Shown: positions 19,648-27,522 of the stretch, piece by piece | How positions within the stretch are numbered: the first letter of the stretch is position 1 | How the letters are laid out: every line of letters starts with the position of its first letter | NCBI GenBank assembly: GCA_020847735.1 | Contig: JADLBL010000023.1 | Span: forward strand, 144,495-208,494 | From: Candidatus Eiseniibacteriota bacterium | GTDB taxonomy: Bacteria > Eisenbacteria > RBG-16-71-46 | Length of the DNA: 64,000 bases | Direction of reading: 5' to 3' | Made by a program: the position numbers and the translations under genes | Notes under the pieces: generated by a model | Databases searched by the model: none | Told to the model about the DNA's origin: nothing | Seen by the model: the letters and a program-made list of their open reading frames with translations, nothing else

Positions 19648-20010
19648 TCAGCGCGAGGCCGCGAGCGGCGCGGCCTTGACCACCACCTTGTGCGCCACCG
19701 GCTGGCCGCCCTCGTCGCGGTAGTACACCGTGACGCGGGCGTCCTTCTCGATCTCGCCGGTCGTCTTCATCTCGGCATGCCGCGTGAAGACGACGGTCTT
19801 CGCGAGCTTGCCGGACCGGGCCACCGTCAGCGAGCTCTTGTCGAGCGACGTGACGACGCCGGTGAACTGCCGGAACGCGTAGCTCTTCTTCGCGCCCGAC
19901 ACCGCGGCGACCGGCTTCTTCGTCGCCGCCTCGGCGCGAACGGCCATGACGACCGGCCCGCCGAGCAGCGCCGCCAGCGCGACCGCCAGGAACCTCCGAC
20001 CCTGCTTCAT
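19648..20010 (-). CDS. Small periplasmic OB-fold protein (CusF-like / DUF5666-like topology) lacking the CusF Met/His/Trp ligands
   Basis: ATG at 20010 with GGAGG RBS and a signal peptide (MKQGRRFLAVALAALLGGPVVMAVRAEA). The mature region FTGVVTSLDKSSLTV...VTVYYRDEGGQPVAHKVVV resembles a small beta-barrel periplasmic chaperone fold. It is convergent with cusA. Confidence 0.5.
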   Translation of the reverse strand: MKQGRRFLAVALAALLGGPVVMAVRAEAATKKPVAAVSGAKKSYAFRQFTGVVTSLDKSSLTVARSGKLAKTVVFTRHAEMKTTGEIEKDARVTVYYRDEGGQPVAHKVVVKAAPLAASR

Positions 20011-20234
20011 TCTCCTCACCTCCTCCCGCTTCCCCGGGGGCAGGGCCGCGCGCACCATGCGCACGCCGGCCGCGCGCCGCAAGCGAATTCGCTCGCGTCG
20101 CCGCGGTGCGCGAACGCGTCAACGCCGGCGACGCGCGTCGCGACGCCCCTCGCGACGGCGAACGGCGCGGGGGTTCGCGTCGCCGTGCCGCGCCGCCCGC
20201 CCGCGGGCGTCAACGCCGGCGACGTCGCCGCGGC

Positions 20235-21125
20235 TCAGCGCGGCGGCGTGGCGCGGCGGCCGAGCGCGAGTCGCGCGGCGCGCCAGACGTTCGCGTGCGC
20301 CTCGACGGTCGCCTCGAGCGGCCGGCCGTAGCCGCCGCCTGCGGTGAGGACGACGGGCACGCCGCGCGATTCGAGCCACGCGAACACGCGGCGGTCCCGT
20401 TCGGCGAGCCCCTCGTGGGTCGCGCGCAGGCGGCCGAGCCGGTCGGCGTGCAGGGCGTCCACGCCGGCCTGGTAGAACGCCACGTCGGGCGCGTGACGGT
20501 CGAGCGCCGCGGGCAGCGTGCGCTCGAGCGCGCCGAGCAGCTCGTCGTCGCCCGCGCCGTCCGGCAGCTCGACGTCGAGCGATCCGGCCTCCTTGCGCAG
20601 CGGGTAGTTGTGCCGCGCGTGCAGCGAGTAGGTGAAGACGTCCCGGTCGCCCGCGAACAGGGCGGCGGTGCCGTTGCCCTGATGGACGTCGAGGTCCACG
20701 ACGAACGGGCGGCGCACGCGACCTTCGCGGCGCAGCAGCGCGATCGCGACCGCGTGGTCGTTGAACAGGCAGTAGGCCTCGCCGCGATCGCGAAAGGCGT
20801 GGTGCGTTCCGCCGGCGAGGTTGCCGGCGACGCCGTGTTCGAGCGCCGCGCGCGCCGCCAGGACCGTGCCGTGGACGCTCGCCCGCGCCCGCGCCACGAG
20901 CCCCTCGGACCACGGCAGGCCGAGCCGCCGGATTTCGGCGGCGTCGAACCGGCCGGCGAAGGCGCGCTCGACGTAGGCCGGATCGTGCGCGGCGAGCAGC
21001 CACTCGATCGGCGCCGGCTCGGAGCGCGCCACGTCCTGCGCCGCGAGCACGCCCTCGCGCAGCAGCAGTTCGCGCAGCATCCCGTACTTGGCGACGGGGA
21101 AGGGGTGGCCTTCGGGCAGCGGCAT
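20235..21125 (-). CDS. Histone-deacetylase-family amidohydrolase (AcuC / acetylpolyamine amidohydrolase-like)
   Basis: Motifs GGTHHAFRDRGEAYCLFND, VVDLDVHQGNG and TAGGGY match the HDAC catalytic core. Start is taken at the internal M (MPLPEGHPF...), because the upstream 55 codons are R-rich low complexity. Confidence 0.8.
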   Translation of the reverse strand: MPLPEGHPFPVAKYGMLRELLLREGVLAAQDVARSEPAPIEWLLAAHDPAYVERAFAGRFDAAEIRRLGLPWSEGLVARARASVHGTVLAARAALEHGVAGNLAGGTHHAFRDRGEAYCLFNDHAVAIALLRREGRVRRPFVVDLDVHQGNGTAALFAGDRDVFTYSLHARHNYPLRKEAGSLDVELPDGAGDDELLGALERTLPAALDRHAPDVAFYQAGVDALHADRLGRLRATHEGLAERDRRVFAWLESRGVPVVLTAGGGYGRPLEATVEAHANVWRAARLALGRRATPPR

Positions 21126-21181
21126 CCCGACGTGATCGCTCGACCAGGCGAGCAGCCGGCGGTCCCGCGGCAAGCCGCGCC

Positions 21182-21733
21182 TCAGGCGCCGCCCAGGGTC
21201 AGCTCGCCCTGCGCGCGCGGGTCGGCGAAGCTCGCGCCTTCGTGCGCGAGCAGCCAGCGCTTGCGCTCCAGCCCGCCGCCGTATCCCCACAGCGTGTGGT
21301 CCGCGGCGATCACGCGGTGGCAGGGCACGAACAGCGCGATCGGGTTCGCGCCGTTGGCGGCGCCGACCGCGCGGCGCGCCTCCGGCCGACCGAGGTGCGC
21401 GGCCAGTTGCGAGTAGGTCCAGGTCGAGCCCGCGGGGATCCGGCGCAGCGCGGACCAGACGCGGACCTGGAACTCCGTGCCGAGAATGCCGACCGGCTGT
21501 TCGTCGAGCGCGTCCTTCTCGCCGGCGAAGTAGCGCGCCAGGCGGGTCGCGGCGCCGGCCGGGTCGGCCGCCTCGCGACGCGCGTGCGGGCCCAGCCGGC
21601 GCTCCAGGTGGCGCGTCAGCGAGTCGCGGCGCGCGAGGGCGTCGGCGAACTCGAGCCCGACGACGGCCCGATCGTTCGCGACCACGTACAGCGGCCCGAT
21701 GGGGCTTGCGAAGGTGCAGACCGACAGCGTCAT
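21182..21733 (-). CDS. ogt: Methylated-DNA-protein-cysteine methyltransferase (O6-alkylguanine-DNA alkyltransferase)
   Basis: C-terminal PCHRV active-site motif and the HTH region (WTYSQLAAHLGRPEARRAVGAANGANP). Its start overlaps the upstream adaA-alkA stop (ATGA). Confidence 0.88.
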   Translation of the reverse strand: MTLSVCTFASPIGPLYVVANDRAVVGLEFADALARRDSLTRHLERRLGPHARREAADPAGAATRLARYFAGEKDALDEQPVGILGTEFQVRVWSALRRIPAGSTWTYSQLAAHLGRPEARRAVGAANGANPIALFVPCHRVIAADHTLWGYGGGLERKRWLLAHEGASFADPRAQGELTLGGA

Positions 21734-23202
21734 GGCTTCGCCCTTCTCGATGGGGTGTTCGCGGTGGCGCCTTGCGACCCGCCCTGCCACAGCGCCAGCG
21801 TCGCGTAGGCCCGCCACGGCCGCCACGCCTCGGCGCGCGCGAGCACCTGGCGTTCCGCGGGCAGGGCCCCGCCGGCGGCGAGCGCCCGGCGCACGCCGAG
21901 GTCGCCGGCCGGGAACGCGTCGGGCTCGCCGAGCGCCCGCATGGCCAGGTACTGAGCCGTCCACTCGCCGATGCCCGGCAGGGCGGTCAGGCGTTCGAGC
22001 GCGTCGCCGGGTCCGGTGAAGGCGTCCAGCTCGAGCGTTCCGCCGGCCACCGCGCGCGCGAAACCGCGCAGCGCCGCCGCCCGCGCGCGCGTCAGGCCGA
22101 GCGAGTCGAGCGGCGCGGCCGCCACCGCCGCCGGTGAGGGAAACCGGTGCGTGAGCGGGCCCTCCGGCCGGGACAGCGCCGTGCCGCAGGCGCGCACCAG
22201 CCGGCCCGCGAGCGTGCGCGCGGCCGCCACCGAAACCTGCTGGCCGAGCAGCGCGCGAACGCCCAGCTCGAACGCGTCCCACGCGCCCGGCACGCGCACC
22301 GTGCGGCCGGCGAGCGCGCGCCGCAGCAGCGGGTCGCGGGCGAGGTGCCGGGAGATCGCCGCGGCGTCGGCGTCGAGATCGAACACTCTCGCGGCCTTCG
22401 CGACGAGCCGGGGCAATGTCGCGGGCGCGGCGCCGGCGACGCGCAGCACCAGCCCGCGCGGCGAGGCCTCGATCTCGACGGTCGTCGCGGCGTCGCCGGC
22501 GGCCAGCGTGCGGCGGTACACCCGGCCCTCGACCTGCTCGACACCCGGGATCGCACGCGCCGAAAGGAACGCCAGCAGCGGCTCGGGCTCGAACGGTTCG
22601 CGCGCCGGCAGGCGCAGCGCGAGCGAGCCCGGAGGCCCCGCGTGCGGCGCGCGCCGGACATCGGCCGGCGCCCGGCGGAACGTGCGGCCGAACGCCGCCC
22701 GCAGCCGGCGAGCGCTGGCGAAGCCCGAAGCGGCGGCGACGTCGGCGACCGGAAGCCCGGTCTCGTCGAGCAGCCGCCGCGCGAAGTGCACGCGGCGTGT
22801 GAGCGCGACCTCGAGCGGCGAGGCCCCGACGTGCTCGGCGAACAGCCCGCGCAGCCAGCGCGACGTCACGCCGAGCCGCTCCGCGAGCGTCTCGACCGAG
22901 CCGTCCTCCATCGCGCCGGACTCGATCAGCCGGAGCGCGCGCTGGACGAGCGCGGACGTGCCGCGCCAGGCGGGCGAGCCCGGCGCCGTTTCGGGCCGGC
23001 AGCGCAGGCACGGACGGTAGCCCGCGGCCTCGGCCGCCGCGGCACTGGCGAAGAACGTGCAGTTGCGGCGGGCCGGCAGGCGGGCCGGGCAGACGGGCCG
23101 GCAGTAGATGCCGGTCGAGGAGACGCCCATGAACACGGCGCCGTCGAAGCGGCGGTCGCGCGTCGTCCAGGCGCGCCAGCTGATCTCGGGGTCCAGCGTC
23201 AT
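21730..23202 (-). CDS. alkA: Ada regulatory N-terminal domain (Zn-Cys4 methylphosphotriester sensor plus AraC-type HTH) fused to AlkA-like DNA-3-methyladenine glycosylase II
   Basis: N-terminus FDGAVFMGVSSTGIYCRPVCPARLPARRNC...CLRC is the Ada Zn-binding domain. The AraC HTH follows, then the HhH-GPD glycosylase region (LTALPGIGEWTAQYLAMRALGEPDAFPAGDLGV with catalytic Asp). It is an in-frame fusion, as in mycobacterial adaA-alkA. Confidence 0.85.
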   Translation of the reverse strand: MTLDPEISWRAWTTRDRRFDGAVFMGVSSTGIYCRPVCPARLPARRNCTFFASAAAAEAAGYRPCLRCRPETAPGSPAWRGTSALVQRALRLIESGAMEDGSVETLAERLGVTSRWLRGLFAEHVGASPLEVALTRRVHFARRLLDETGLPVADVAAASGFASARRLRAAFGRTFRRAPADVRRAPHAGPPGSLALRLPAREPFEPEPLLAFLSARAIPGVEQVEGRVYRRTLAAGDAATTVEIEASPRGLVLRVAGAAPATLPRLVAKAARVFDLDADAAAISRHLARDPLLRRALAGRTVRVPGAWDAFELGVRALLGQQVSVAAARTLAGRLVRACGTALSRPEGPLTHRFPSPAAVAAAPLDSLGLTRARAAALRGFARAVAGGTLELDAFTGPGDALERLTALPGIGEWTAQYLAMRALGEPDAFPAGDLGVRRALAAGGALPAERQVLARAEAWRPWRAYATLALWQGGSQGATANTPSRRAKP

Positions 23203-23210
23203 GGACCGGG

Positions 23211-24950
23211 TTATAGCACCGCGCGCCGGGCCGGTGCGGACGAATTCGGAACTGGCGGCGCGGCCGCTTCGGACGGGGCCGGGAGCGGCCCCTCTCCGGC
23301 CGGCGCCGCTCCGGCGGCCGGCCGCCCGGTCCGCACCCGCACGAGCACCAGCGACGGCGTGCGCGCCAGGGTCTCCGCGACCGGCCAGGCCGCCCGCAGC
23401 GCCCCGAGCTTGCGCGCGTCGCGCAGCGCGACGTACGTCCAGCCATCGGCCGCCGCGAAGCCCGGCGCCGTGTCGTGCCCGCGCGTCACATCCGGCGCGA
23501 CCACGAGGTTGCGATCCAGCAGCAGGCGCAGCGTCGGCGGCGCCGCCTGCGCGAGCACGAGCGGAGCGTCCCCGGGCGAGCGGGCCGCCATCGCCCGCGC
23601 GACGGTCCGCGTGGACAGCCACGGTTCGATCTCCGGCAGCACCCGCGCGAGCACCAGCGGCGCGCCGAGCCCGACGGGCAGCGCGAACAGCGCCGCCGCG
23701 AGTCGGCGGCGGCCGGCCAGGTTCGCGAGCAGCGGCGCCCACGAGGCCGCGAGCACGACGATCGCCGCAAGACGCAGACCGTGGCCGGCGTCCCCGAGAC
23801 GCAGTGCGAGCACCGCGCCGAGCACGGCCGTCATCGTGCCGAGCAGCGCCGCCAGCCAGGTGGAGTGCGTCAGGTGCCGCCGGTCCACGTCGCCCTCGAG
23901 CGCCCGGTCGAGGAACCGGCCCGAGAGCAGCGCGATCGCGGGCAGCACGGGCAGCGCCCCGGTCAGCGGCGGCTGCGGCCAGAGCGCGAGCGGCACCGCG
24001 GCCGCGAAGCCGAGCGCGAGCACGAAGCTCGCGGCGTGCCCCGGCTCGCGCAGGTCCGCGGGGTCCGCGGCGTGACGGGCGCGCACGCGGCCGGCGGCGT
24101 CGCTCAGCGCCGCGCCGAGCAGCGCGGTCCACGGGAAGCCGATCACCGCCGTGAACGACAGCGCGACCAGCGGGCCCGCGAGCCAGCCGCCCCGCGGTTC
24201 GATCGCGTACGGAAACCACCACGCGCGCCGGAGAAACTCGCCACCGTAGAGCGCCGTCATCATGCCGTACCAGGGCAGGGCGATGCCGGCGACGATGGCC
24301 AGGCCCTCGGCGGGGCGGATCGCGCCCCAGCCGGCGCGCGAGCGGACGAGCGCGAAGTACAGCCCCGCGCCGGCGACGGGCCAGAGCGCCGAGAGCGGCC
24401 CGCCGCTGACCGCCGCCGCGCCGAGCGCGAACCACGACGCGAGCAGCGTCAGCGTGGTGCCGCGTGCGCGGCCGCGCGAGACCGCCAGCAGTCCGCCGGC
24501 GCCGAGCCAGCCGCACAGCGTCGCCAGCAGCTGCGCGCCGTCGGCGCGGGCCGCGAGCGGCAGGCCGAGGCTGCTCGCCAGCGCGCAGGCCGCGAGCCAG
24601 CCCGCGCGCGCACCGAACGCGCGCGTGCCGATCGCCGCGACGACGAGCGCCAGCGCCGCCGCCAGCGCCGCGCGCACCAGGCGGGACGCGCCCGCGTCGG
24701 CGGGCGGCGGGCGGAACCGGGCGGGCGGCAGGCGGCGCGCGATCAGATCCGGCGCGTAGCCGGCGAGCGGCTTCTCGAACAGCGGCTCGTTCGCGTACAC
24801 CGGGCCGTACCATTCACCGCTCGTCTCCGACTCGACCACCACCCGCGCGTCGCGCGCCTCGCGCCAGTCGAGCGGCCCGACCGAGCGCAGCCCGGGCAGC
24901 AGCACCAGTGCGAGCAGGGCCGCGAGGGCGGCGGGCAGCAAGCGTCTCAC
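23211..24950 (-). CDS. Integral membrane glycosyltransferase family 39/83 (ArnT / PMT-like 4-amino-arabinose or mannosyl transferase)
   Basis: 579 aa with many TM helices and an N-terminal loop (ETSGEWYGPVYANEPLFEKPLAGYAP) typical of ArnT/PMT_2. The C-terminal periplasmic region is Ala/Pro-rich. Confidence 0.65.
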   Translation of the reverse strand: MRRLLPAALAALLALVLLPGLRSVGPLDWREARDARVVVESETSGEWYGPVYANEPLFEKPLAGYAPDLIARRLPPARFRPPPADAGASRLVRAALAAALALVVAAIGTRAFGARAGWLAACALASSLGLPLAARADGAQLLATLCGWLGAGGLLAVSRGRARGTTLTLLASWFALGAAAVSGGPLSALWPVAGAGLYFALVRSRAGWGAIRPAEGLAIVAGIALPWYGMMTALYGGEFLRRAWWFPYAIEPRGGWLAGPLVALSFTAVIGFPWTALLGAALSDAAGRVRARHAADPADLREPGHAASFVLALGFAAAVPLALWPQPPLTGALPVLPAIALLSGRFLDRALEGDVDRRHLTHSTWLAALLGTMTAVLGAVLALRLGDAGHGLRLAAIVVLAASWAPLLANLAGRRRLAAALFALPVGLGAPLVLARVLPEIEPWLSTRTVARAMAARSPGDAPLVLAQAAPPTLRLLLDRNLVVAPDVTRGHDTAPGFAAADGWTYVALRDARKLGALRAAWPVAETLARTPSLVLVRVRTGRPAAGAAPAGEGPLPAPSEAAAPPVPNSSAPARRAVL

Positions 24951-25192
24951 GTGTGTGTGTTCCGCGGGCGCTGCGCCGGCGGGACGCGGTCACGGATCGG
25001 GGGCAATGCGGGCTCCGGGTGACGGGCGGGGAGGAAGGCCGGGCGCAGTCTAGCAAACCGGCGCCCGGCGCCCGCGCCGCGGTCATCGCGCGACGGTCGT
25101 GTCCGAAGCCGCCGCGGAGGTCATGCGCCGATTGACGGCGGCGCATTCCGGTCGCACCTTGGGCGCGCCGTCCCCGTTCGCCCGGAGGCCTC

Positions 25193-27505
25193 GTGTTTCG
25201 TCGCTTGAACTGGCTGATCGCGTTCCTGTTCCTGATCGCCGCACCGCCGGCCCGCGCCGGTTCGCCGTTCCCGGACTGGAGCTCGTTCCACGGCGCGTTC
25301 ACCTCGTGGTCGCTCGATTCCTCGAAGATCGCCGACGTTCGCAGCCTGATGCTCCAGCGCGAGACCGGCACGTTCGTGCTCGAGGAGGGCCGGCTCGCGC
25401 TGGCGAAGCCGCTGGGCGGCCGCCGCGTCGCGGCGGTGTTCGTCGGGCGCGGCTCGTTCGTGTTCGCGCCGCGCTCGAAGGTCGAACGCGAACAGCTCCG
25501 GCGCTTCTACGAGACGCCGGTGCTCCGGCGGCCGTTCGGACGGCTGACGCTGATCGTGTCCGACACGACGTTCGCGGAGCTGATGCCGGCGCTGCAGTTC
25601 CGCACCGACACGCTGGGCGAGCTCGACCGCGCGTGGCAGGCCACGTTCCCCAACCTGACCGTGCGGGGACTCCAGCACCCCCGGCCGCTGCCGGTCGCGC
25701 AGATGCTGCTCGACGGCGCCGACAACGGCCTCTTCTGGTCCTACATCAGCGATCGCCGCGACGAGGACCCGCTGTTCTTCTCGATCGTTCCCGACTACAC
25801 CGAACGCGTCGTGCTCGAACGTCGTCCGGAGGACGACCGCTCCGGGCTGCTGCGGCGCTACAACGCCGAAGTGGTCAGCCAGGCTTTCGCGGCCGGCGAT
25901 CCGGACACGCTGCGCCGCGACCTGCAGCCCGGATACGAAGCGGTTCACTACGCGCTCGACGTGACGCTCACGAGCGACCTGTCCAGCACCGTGACCGCCG
26001 ACATCGCGCTGCTCGCGCACGGCCGGCCGCGCGCGTGGATCGGGCTGCGATTCCCGCCCGAGCTGAAGCTGGATCGCGTCTCGCTCGGCGGTCGCGAGCA
26101 GGCGTTCTTCCAGGAGGCCGAGAACCCGATGGTCTGGGTCCGCCTCGACCGGGCGATCGAGCCAGGCGCCGCCGACACGCTGAAGGTCCGCTACCACGGC
26201 CTGATGTTCGAGCGCCGCGGCGACTGGATCTATCACCGTTTCCCGAGCAGCTGGTACCCCGAACCCTGGTACGGCTCGCTCGCGACCTGGGACCTGACGT
26301 TCCACCACCCGCGCGAGCTGCAGGTCATCGGCTCCGGCGAAAAGACGGGCGACCGCGAGGATCGCGGGATCCGGCACTCGACATGGCGGACGCGCCATCC
26401 GGCCGCTTCCGCCTCGTTCGACGTGAGCTTCCTGCGCGGCATCCGCGTCGTGAGCGACTCGCTGCCGCCGCTGACCGTGTGGCTGCGTCATGTGGAACGC
26501 GCCGGCCAGGTCGAGGACGCGACGCTGGCCGGGTTGCGCGGGTCGAAGGACCACGACCGTCGAACCGCGCTCGACGTCGCGCACGCCTTCCAGTTCTTCG
26601 AGGAGCAGCTCGGTCCGCCGCTCGCGGCCTCGTTCAACGCCGTCGAGACGCCGCTGTGGGTGTACGTGGCCTACCCCGGGCTCGTGCACCTGATGATGCG
26701 CGAGGACAAGATGCTGCCGGGACCGGAAAACACGCCGGACGTCTTCCGCGCCCACGAGGTGTCGCACCAGTGGTTCGGGCTCGGCATGGATCACGCGACC
26801 TATCACGACGCCTGGCTGTCGGAGGGCTTCGCCGACTTCTGCAGCATCTGGTACCTGCAGGCGTCGCGGAAGGACGCCCGCAACTATTTCAAGGTGCTCG
26901 AGTCGTGGCGCGACCAGCTCGTTTCCAACCGCCGCTTCGCCTTCGGCCGCGGGCAGAAGGCGGGTCCGGTCTGGCTCGGCACCCGCTCGGTCACGAGCGC
27001 GACACCCGAGGACTACCGCCTGGTCGTCTATGCGAAGGGCGCGTGGGTGCTGCACATGCTGCGCAACTACCTGCTCGAGGACTCCGATCCCGGCGAGACG
27101 CGCTTCCGCGGGATGCTGCGGGACTTCTACACGCGCTTCCGCGGCCGGCGCGCGTTCACCGAGGACTTCCGCGCCGCCGTCGAGCGCGCGACCGGCGAGG
27201 ACATGGGCTGGTTCTTCGAGCAGTGGGTCTACGGCGCCGACGTTCCGGTCTGCCGCTTCGCCTGGAAGGTCGAGCCGGCCGGCGACCGCTGGAAGGTGAC
27301 CGGCCGCATCGAGCAGACCGGGGTTCCCGAGTCGTTCCGCTATCCGGTGTTCCTGCGCGTGGACTTCGCCGACGGGCGGTACTCGCGGCAGCGCGTGTGG
27401 GTGCGCGGGCCCGTCACGGAGTTCGAACTTCCGCTGTCGCCGCAAAAGCCGGCCGGCGTCGTGTTCAACGACCTCGACGCGGTGCTCTGCGAGATGGCGA
27501 AGTAG
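25193..27505 (+). CDS. Secreted M1-family (gluzincin) metallopeptidase paralog A
   Basis: GTG start with GGAGG RBS and a signal peptide. Zinc motif AHEVSHQWFG...WLSEGFA (HExxH-x18-E) as in aminopeptidase N / LTA4 hydrolase. 770 aa. Confidence 0.8.
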   Translation: MFRRLNWLIAFLFLIAAPPARAGSPFPDWSSFHGAFTSWSLDSSKIADVRSLMLQRETGTFVLEEGRLALAKPLGGRRVAAVFVGRGSFVFAPRSKVEREQLRRFYETPVLRRPFGRLTLIVSDTTFAELMPALQFRTDTLGELDRAWQATFPNLTVRGLQHPRPLPVAQMLLDGADNGLFWSYISDRRDEDPLFFSIVPDYTERVVLERRPEDDRSGLLRRYNAEVVSQAFAAGDPDTLRRDLQPGYEAVHYALDVTLTSDLSSTVTADIALLAHGRPRAWIGLRFPPELKLDRVSLGGREQAFFQEAENPMVWVRLDRAIEPGAADTLKVRYHGLMFERRGDWIYHRFPSSWYPEPWYGSLATWDLTFHHPRELQVIGSGEKTGDREDRGIRHSTWRTRHPAASASFDVSFLRGIRVVSDSLPPLTVWLRHVERAGQVEDATLAGLRGSKDHDRRTALDVAHAFQFFEEQLGPPLAASFNAVETPLWVYVAYPGLVHLMMREDKMLPGPENTPDVFRAHEVSHQWFGLGMDHATYHDAWLSEGFADFCSIWYLQASRKDARNYFKVLESWRDQLVSNRRFAFGRGQKAGPVWLGTRSVTSATPEDYRLVVYAKGAWVLHMLRNYLLEDSDPGETRFRGMLRDFYTRFRGRRAFTEDFRAAVERATGEDMGWFFEQWVYGADVPVCRFAWKVEPAGDRWKVTGRIEQTGVPESFRYPVFLRVDFADGRYSRQRVWVRGPVTEFELPLSPQKPAGVVFNDLDAVLCEMAK

Positions 27506-27522
27506 CCGGGAACGGGCCGGTC

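Noticed and set aside
14206-19723. Large ORFs 14206..16041(-), 16710..19535(-), 17312..19723(+) overlapping cusB and cusA
   Set aside because: Low-complexity translations. cusB and cusA are unambiguous.
20011-20234. Possible small gene or regulatory RNA between the cusF-like gene and the HDAC-like gene
   Set aside because: The region holds only Arg-rich shadow ORFs (for example 19946..20347) and is most simply the promoter of the small periplasmic gene. There is no structural evidence for an RNA.
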